DNA of 64,000 nucleotides from assembly GCA_051294375.1 (NCBI GenBank), contig CM119266.1, positions 12,129,180 through 12,193,179 on the forward strand. The letters are read 5' to 3'. Source of the stretch: Paraspadella gotoi. Its lineage: Eukaryota > Animalia > Chaetognatha. A model generated the notes under the pieces. The model was not told where the DNA came from. It did no database searches and worked only from the letters and a program-made list of their open reading frames with translations. Shown here piece by piece: positions 56,133 to 64,000 of this stretch; position 1 is the first letter of the stretch, and the number at the start of each line of letters is the position of its first letter. The translations under genes and the position numbers were made by a program.

Positions 56133-57963
56133 TCCTCTCTCTCTTATCTCCGGGGCTGTTTTTCTGCCCCATTATCCTCTTCTCTTCCCTACTTGTTATT
56201 CCTCGTTCCCCGTTCTGTTTATCTGTTTACTTTTTTTTCAAAGTAAAGGTTTTCTCCTCCCCCCCCCGCCCGCCCGCCCCTCCAAACCTTTCTCAGCGTT
56301 TTCTCTCTCTTCGGTCCGACGCCTTTCGATTCCGGCACGGATAATTTAAAAACCTCTCCTCCTCCGTTTCTTCTCTCGCGCCTGTACTTCATTTACTCTA
56401 AAACGCCCCTGTATTTAAATGAATGCTTCTCAATTGTTTCTTGCAACTTGTAAATTTTGTGCACCGAGGTTTCCCAAACAATCAAAGATTTTCTTCAAAA
56501 TAATTTTCGGTTCAATGTAAATTATTGTTTAAAGTAAATAAAAAACGAACAACCTAATCAAAATTACTCCACTTTATTTTAGAAGGGAAAAAAAAAAATT
56601 CATCATAATTACGCCCGTCGCACACCGCGTTCAGAAGGGAAACGTTGCGTTTCTTTCCAATTTCCCATTTCTCCGAAATTATTGCTGTTCTTCTTCCATA
56701 ATATTCTGTTGTGCCTTTAGTCCTGCTCTCATAAAATCCTCTCCCCACTTTCATTCCTCTTCCTCCTCCTCTTTTCTTCCTCCTCTCCTCCTCCTCCTCC
56801 TCCGGAGGCTAATTTGATTTAATCCAAGGGTCCGACTCTCCTCCCTCCTCCTCTTCCTCCCTGCTCCTTCACCTCCCATTCTCCACCTCTCTCTCTCTCT
56901 CTCTCTACTCTCTCTCTCCTCTCTTCCTCTTCTCTCCTCTCTCTCTCTCTCTCCTCTCTCTTTCTCTCTCTCTCTTCGATTCTTTCTGCATTACCTAATC
57001 ATAGCCTCTCTTTCTCTCCCTTCTTCTCCCTTGATCTTTAACTCTTCCTACCTACCTTCAATCTCCTCTCTCCCTCCTCTTCCTCCCTTCCTCCTCCTCC
57101 TCCATTTGCTTTCCGTTCGTTTCATTTCCCATCTGCATTCGTTTCGTTCGTGCGCCTTTCCTTTCTTCTTTTCCTTTTCCTCCTTTTCCTCCCTCAGAAT
57201 CGTAAAGCGCCATATCTTAACGGCCTCACCTTTTGCGATGTCGTTATTTGATGATTTTTACCGGGAAAGGGAATGGAGAGAAGCGCGAGGAAAATATGGC
57301 GGGTTTTTATTTTTATTTTCTCGATAGTCGAAAATGTACATTGACAATACATACGTACATGATACGAACAACTAGCTCGTACCTGGTTTTAAAATGAAAA
57401 TTTATTAAAATCAACCTCACTAATAGTAACAATAATAATAGAAGAGGTAATGAACCTAATTTAAGGAGTTGACTTAAAACAAATCGTTTTGCTTTCTAAC
57501 TCTCGGCCAAATTTTTCAAACCAAGCCATCACGATCGTACTGACAAAACCTTTACGTCTTTTCCATCATTCTATACTTTATTAACTAATATATAACTTGT
57601 ATATGATTTCATGGCTTTCTGTATTTACTCCGTTGCTCAATTTTTACCCGACGTGCCGCATTGTTCCGTCTAGAATTTCCATTGCGATCCCCTCGTTCGA
57701 GAATCGCCGCTTTTAGGATCTCCCAACCTCCATTTGTCTCTTCTCGTCACGAGTTGTGACTTTTTCTCCTCCCATCTTTCACGCCCCTCACACTACTTCT
57801 TCGCTCCGGTAATATTCTCTTTCTTTTTTTTTTAGTACTTTCTTCTTTTTTTCCTTTTCTTTCCTTCCTCTTATTTTCTCTCTTATTTCTTTCGTCTTCT
57901 TCTCGTTTCCATCTATTTCTATCCGCTCTTTTTTTCTCTCTCTCTTTTCTCCTTTTCAACAAA

Positions 57964-58055
<92 letters not shown>

Positions 58056-58742
58056 AAACGATTCTATCTGTTTTAATGCAAGGCACGGCGAAGCAAACTC
58101 TCGATTGGCAAATAACTTGTTTTTTTTTTTTTTTTTCTTTTTTTCTTTTTTTTTAAAATTACATCCGGAATTTTTTTCCTTTTACTCTTTACATCCGGGT
58201 TTGTCGCTTCGACTAAATCTTCGTTAGAGTCGGGAACGAAATATTAATTATTGTGTGGGCCATGACAACCCCTTCAGTTTCTTTTTTTTCCACAACTGTT
58301 CCGCGTCAGTTCAATGTCACGTCATTCTCTTACTTTCTCCTTCTCTTCTTTTTTTCTCTTTTTTTTAAAATTTACATTATCATCTTTACTTTTTTTTCAA
58401 CTTCGCATATAACAATGAACGTAGTCACCAAAAGCTACTCTTTAGTGTGATTATATCAAGTACAGTTTCTAATTTCTTTTTATATTCCTTTCTTTTTGAT
58501 ACTTTGACCCTTTCATCCTACTTTTAAATTCGTTTTCTTTTTCCTTTATTTCAACTTTGTTTTCCTTTCTCCCTTCCTTTTCTTTCCTTTCTTCCTTCCT
58601 TTCCTTTCTGTCCCCTCGCCTCCATTCCACTCCGTTCCATCTCCAAGTCTCTCTGAAACATTTGCTTGTCGCCTTCCTCCTTCAGACGCTTTATCATCTT
58701 CTTCATTCAACTCACTAGTCTCTCTCTTCTCTCTCTCTTCTC

Positions 58743-58815
<73 letters not shown>

Positions 58816-59403
58816 ACTTTGACACGCTCTTTGCTCCGCGGGAGTCCTTGCTCTTCAAAACATCGTCAAAATCTATCCGCGACGGGAAATTATGATGGAG
58901 AGCGCATCGAGTCTCGGAGAGAGAGCGCTCTATCGAAGGATGTGGGGGTGGGAAAGGGGGGGCGGCGGGGGGGGCGCTCTCGGGTTCCGATGATTAATGC
59001 GCGTAAAACTGAAAAATGAAAAATGAAAAAAAAGATGAGACAATTACGACGTTTGATTGAAGAGAACGAGAGAGAAAAGAGAGTGAGAAAAGGAAGGGAA
59101 AAAAGGAAAATGGCAAAGTTAGAGGTAATTGTTAAAACGCTTAATATTAAATCGAATTTAACTTTAAATTTTTTTTCAATTTTGATAATAGGATTAAAAC
59201 GTCACATTTTTTTAAGCTCTAAGTATTTTTTAATCTCGTCGTCGTTGTCGTCGTCTCGTTGTTATTTTGAATTAGGGTCGATGCGTAATTATAGGGGAAA
59301 ACTTCCGGGAGCGGTGAATTACGGCTGCTTAAAGCAGAGACCTGTTGTTTAGCCCATACCTCTCTCTTCTCTCTCTCCTTCTCTCTTCTCTCTCTCATCT
59401 CTC

Positions 59404-59440
<37 letters not shown>

Positions 59441-59963
59441 CGTCATATTTTCCATCAGACGCCCATTTGCTCATTCTCCCGCGTATTTCTCTCACGATGA
59501 GTCTCTCCCCTCAATTTGTTTTTTTCCTTTTTCTTTTAAAACTCGCGTTCGCCTTCTTGGCACAGTCGCCGCCTTTGGTAAATGTTTGTCGATCTTCGTC
59601 CTTCTCCTTTTCTATTAATTCTTCTTCTTCTTCCTCCCTCCTCCTCCTCCTCTTCCTCCTCCCCTTTTCCTACCACCCTGCTCGGTTCATAACGCTAATT
59701 AACCTTTGCTTTAACCTTTTAAACCGGCGGACTCGAATTGGTCTTTTTTATGCTATAATTGCTGTATCTTCGCATTACCAATGCCTTGCCGCTTCATTAC
59801 TTCAGTTTTATATTCATACGTAATTACGTAGATGATTACAAATTTAATGAACATTGAAAAAGGCGTAATATATATTATTATATTGTAATAGAGCAGACAC
59901 AACAAGTAAATACGTAAATGCCAAGAAATCGATAAAAAAAAAATTTAAGATTGTAAAGACAAA

Positions 59964-60051
<88 letters not shown>

Positions 60052-60345
60052 ATGAATGAAAGAAAACGAAAATTGTGAAGTTGAGACAAAAAAACAAAAG
60101 GCAAGAACTTTGTTACTCTCGATTCTCCCGCCAGATGGTCGCCCGAAATCGAAATTCAAACGAGCGGAAAGATTTTTCTTTTTTTCTTTTCCTGTTTCTT
60201 TAGCTTTTTCGCTTTTTAGATTTTTTTAAAACTGTTTTCTCATGAAAGAAAAAACATCAGAAACTGGATAAAGAATAAAAGGATTAGTTAAAAAAGGTGT
60301 AAAAAACATGACGTTATAGAAACAAAAAGAACACTGAAGAAAAAT

Positions 60346-60376
<31 letters not shown>

Positions 60377-60437
60377 NNNNNNNNNNNNNNNNNNNNNNNN
60401 NGAGAGAGAGAGAGAGAGAGAGACGAGAGAGAGAGAG

Positions 60438-60469
<32 letters not shown>

Positions 60470-61185
60470 CGAGGACGGATAAAAGTTGAAGGAGATGATG
60501 CTGGATGAATAATGAATTTTCAGTTTAACATAATTTTAAAAGATGAAAAGACGGTGATAGCGATTTAAATAAAAAATTTTTTTGTGTTTTTTTGATTTAA
60601 TTAATCAATTCATTTTCTTTTCGAGGGCCCATGCGACTTCTATGCGTGAGTTTTTATTGTGACTTTTTAAGAGATAATTTTCATTCATCAAGTCATGTTT
60701 GTTTGTGTAGCAAACAAAACAAACTGAAGTTATCCGCTACGTTGTCGAGTCGAAGGACCCGTCCACGAATCTTCAATGTTACCAACTAACGTCGTCGTGT
60801 TATCGTCGTGTCGTCCGTTCAGTATTCGTCTTCGTTATTGTTGACAAAAGGGGAAAGACGATGTTTGATGATCAATTCAAAGAGGGAGCGAGGTCGCCCG
60901 GCTGCCGGAAGAGACCGGAAATGAAAGAAATAAAAGAGGGAGGAAAAAGGTCTAGGGTAGCGGAAAAAGGAAAAGACCACAGTTGACAAATAAAAAAGAG
61001 GAAAGGAAAAGAAATAGAGAAAGGGAATGATCTGAGAAAGGACGCGAGAAAAGAGACGTAGGAAGGAAAAGAAAGGAGAAAAGACGTGAAATGGCAAAGA
61101 AGTAAGGGGATGAAATTTTGTTTTTTGTTTTTTTTTTCTTAAGGGAAAAATGAAGGATTTACTGGAGTGCCAAAATATATGTGTG

Positions 61186-61233
<48 letters not shown>

Positions 61234-62290
61234 CAGAGAGAGACGAGAGAGAAGAGAGATAACGGAGGAGAGAGAGCATTGAAGAAACAATGAAACTCTG
61301 GCCGTTTCGTATCTCGATGGACCGAAAATGAGCGAAGGAGGAAAGGACTGGTGGAGAGAAGAGAGGGGAGGAAGAAAAGAGGAGGAAAGGGAAAACAAAT
61401 GAATTATTAGTATCGTGAAGTGGCGTTAAAATTGAAGGCGCGGTCACGGCGGCTCCGAGAGAACTAAGATGGGCGTGGGCCCCAAGCGGAAGTGGGCGTG
61501 GGAGAGAGAGAGATGATGCTGGATGAATAATGAATTTTTCAGTTTTAACATAATTTTAAAAAGATGAAAAGACCGGTGATAGCGATTTAAATAAAAAATT
61601 TTTTTGTGTTTTCTTTGATTTAATTATCAATTCATTTTCTTTCGAGCCCATGCGACTTTCTATGCGTGAGTTTTATTGTGACTTTTTAAGAGAATATTTT
61701 CATTCATCAAGTCATGTTTGTTTGTGTAGCAAACAAAACAAACTGAAGTTATCCGCTACGTTTGTCGAGGTTCGAAGACCGTCCACGAATCCTCAATGTT
61801 ACCAACTAACGTCGTCGTCGTTATCGTCGTCGTCGTCGTCAGTATCGTCTTCGTTATTGTTGACAAAAGGGAAAGACGATGTTTGATGAATCAATCAAAG
61901 AGGGAGCGAGGTCGCCCGGCTGCCGGAAGAGACCGGAAAATGAAAGGAAATAAAGAGGGAGGAAAAAGGTCTAGGGTAGCGGAAAAAGAAAAGACCCACA
62001 GTGAAAATATAAAAAGAGGAAAGGAAAGAAAAGAGAAAGGGAATGAACTGAGAAAGGACGCGAGAAAAGAGACGTAGGAAGGAAAAGAAAGGAGAAAAGA
62101 CGTGAAATGGCAAAGAAGAAGGGGATGAAATTTNNNNNNNNNNNNNNNNNNNNNNNNNNNNNNNNNNNNNNNNNNNNNNNNNNNNNNNNNNNNNNNNNNN
62201 NNNNNNNNNNNNNNNNNNNNNNNNNNNNNNNNNNNNNNNNNNNNNNNNNNNNNNNNNNNNNNNNNNNNNNNNNNNNNNNNNNNNNNNNNN

Positions 62291-62321
<31 letters not shown>

Positions 62322-62552
62322 GAGAGAGCAATTTGAAGAACAATGAAAACTCTGGCCGTTTCGTATCTCGATGGACCGAAAAGAGCGAAGGAGGAAAGGA
62401 CTGGTGGAGAGAAGAGAGGGGAGGAAAGAAAAGAGGAGGAAAGGAAAACGAAATGAATTATTAGATCGTGAAGTGGCGTTAAATTGAAGGCGCGGTCACG
62501 GCGGCTCCGAGAGAAACTAGATGGGCGTGGCGCCCAGCCGGAAGTGGGCGTG
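51527..62552 (+). repeat. Direct ~4.5-kb duplication (51527-56042 vs 57015-61501), with a third copy of the last ~1 kb (61510-62552)
   Basis: Collinear from tctcccttcttctcccttgatc to cggaagtgggcgtgg. Copy 1 ends exactly at a 25-N gap, and copy 2 contains another (60377-60401). Confidence 0.92.
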
Positions 62553-62557
62553 GCGGT
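62520..62557. promoter_or_regulatory. Candidate promoter module: GGGCGTGG - CCGGAAGT - GGGCGTGG
   Basis: Sp/KLF-type GC boxes flank an ETS-type CCGGAAGTG within ~30 bp. Motif match only. Confidence 0.3.
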
Positions 62558-63092
62558 CGAGTTGGGGTGAGTCGATTGAGGCGTCGTAGGATTCGTGTGA
62601 TAGGAGGTTGTGAAAATCTGAATTGATGGTTGATTACAACATGGTTTCAAATTGATAATATTATTTGACAATAATCATCAACTTCGACCCGTGAGAGTCA
62701 GTCTCCGAAGATCGGGATAGAGGCGAAGGCTCTGCCGTTAGGGGGGCGTCTAACTTGTCAGTGACTGTGAGTGTGAGACTGGATAAACTGAGATCGGGCG
62801 AGTTTATGACTCGGTGAGTGAATTAAGTGAGGGTTGAGTGAAGGTTAAACAAAGCGGAATACTCTGCGAGGAAATGAAGCCGTCGATCGAGGAGTGAATG
62901 GTAGAAGCGAGTGGCGTGAGATGGGATGAAGTAGGTAAGGATGTGGCGGATGGGTGTGGTGCGGTGGGATGTGGTGAAAAGTGGTAAGGATGTATGGATG
63001 GTGTGGTTGAATTGGAGGACAGCGAGCCAGAAAAGACCACCTCGAAATAGGGGCGGGGAGGAAATGGTTCCTTGGGAACAAGTACGCCGGGG

Positions 63093-63159
<67 letters not shown>

Positions 63160-63265
63160 CAGACAAAAAGCAGAGACGAGGGAGAGAAGAGGGGAATAGA
63201 GTCACCGAGCACGAGGCGTGACATGCCTTTCGTAGCGAGTGCAAAGGGAGGGCGGTCAAGGAAGT

Positions 63266-63302
<37 letters not shown>

Positions 63303-64000
63303 ACTCCTCTACGAAATCGTAGCTCATCAACAAATCATTACGGTTTGGAGCCCAAAGGTCAAACCGCACGAACGATTCTTATCTCTTCAATGACGTCAGC
63401 CTTTTCTCGATCACGTGACTCGGAAATTATTGACACGCGAACGGAGGAAGGAAGGGAGGAGGAAGAAGTGAGGGAGGAGGCGGGATAAAAAAAGGGAGGA
63501 AAGGATCGAAGAGGAAAGAGGAGATAAGGGAGAAATATAGTCAAAAAAGGAAAGAAAGAAGCTGGAAATGAAAAGAAAATAGGAAATATTCCATCTCACT
63601 CACGAGGAGAAAGTCTAAAAAAAAAATGTCAAATCTACGACTTAAAAAGATCGAGGGAATTGAAAAAAGTGAGAGGATCTCGGATAGAATAAAAAAAAAA
63701 AAATTTCGGTGGATGAAAATGAAAAAAAAAGGGAATAAGGAGAGAAACGTAAAAAAATACCATGTCAGGTATTTTCTCTCGGGAGAATCAAAAAATAATA
63801 TGATCGAAGGATTTCAAAATGGAATTCAGTCTCCAAAATGAAACCCGCAGGGAAAGACTACAATGTTTACTGTTAAAATTTATCGCCGAATCTTCCGAGG
63901 TGACGACATAGTTTAAATTAAATGTTTATGTTGGTATTTTGAGTTACTCGGCCCTGACATGCGCCTTTTCCCGTCGCTTCAAATGCCGGCACCTTAATCC

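Larger units (their letters stand above)
40775..57010. repeat. Three-copy segment: 40775-41680 (+), partial ~43670-44310 (+), and 56068-57010 (inverted)
   Basis: gaggattttatgagagcaggactaaaggca...ggataatggggcagaaaacagccc is shared. The inverted copy starts immediately after the 25-N gap at 56043-56067. Confidence 0.9.

Noticed and set aside
51527-62552. Biological segmental duplication or gene amplification
   Set aside because: Indel-dominated differences and breakpoints at 25-N gaps favour an assembly artefact, and no gene is evident inside.

Overview
Eukaryotic, probably invertebrate, AT-rich and mostly non-coding DNA. It is saturated with (CT/AG)n, (CTTT)n, (GAC)n and (ATT)n microsatellites and broken by many N gaps. 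I could not confidently identify a protein-coding gene, rRNA, tRNA or CRISPR array; almost all listed ORFs are translations of microsatellites or gaps. Much of the window consists of near-identical direct or inverted copies that differ mainly by indels, often beside exactly-25-N gaps, which points to long-read gap-filling artefacts. The most likely real structures are: (1) a ~2.7 kb non-autonomous Helentron/DINE-1-like element (48487-51160) with subterminal inverted repeats, a (GTCC)n tract and a 3' hairpin; (2) a ~500-bp tandem array with ~45-bp internal sub-repeats (42060-48020); (3) several minisatellites, one interrupted by a ~430-bp insertion; (4) a probable LINE 3' end with a (TAA)n tail; (5) a noisy ~1 kb possibly coding segment, present twice, with weak resemblance to Pif1/SF1B helicase motifs; and (6) several CpG-rich patches with clustered transcription-factor-like motifs. 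I see no well-supported novel biological system.
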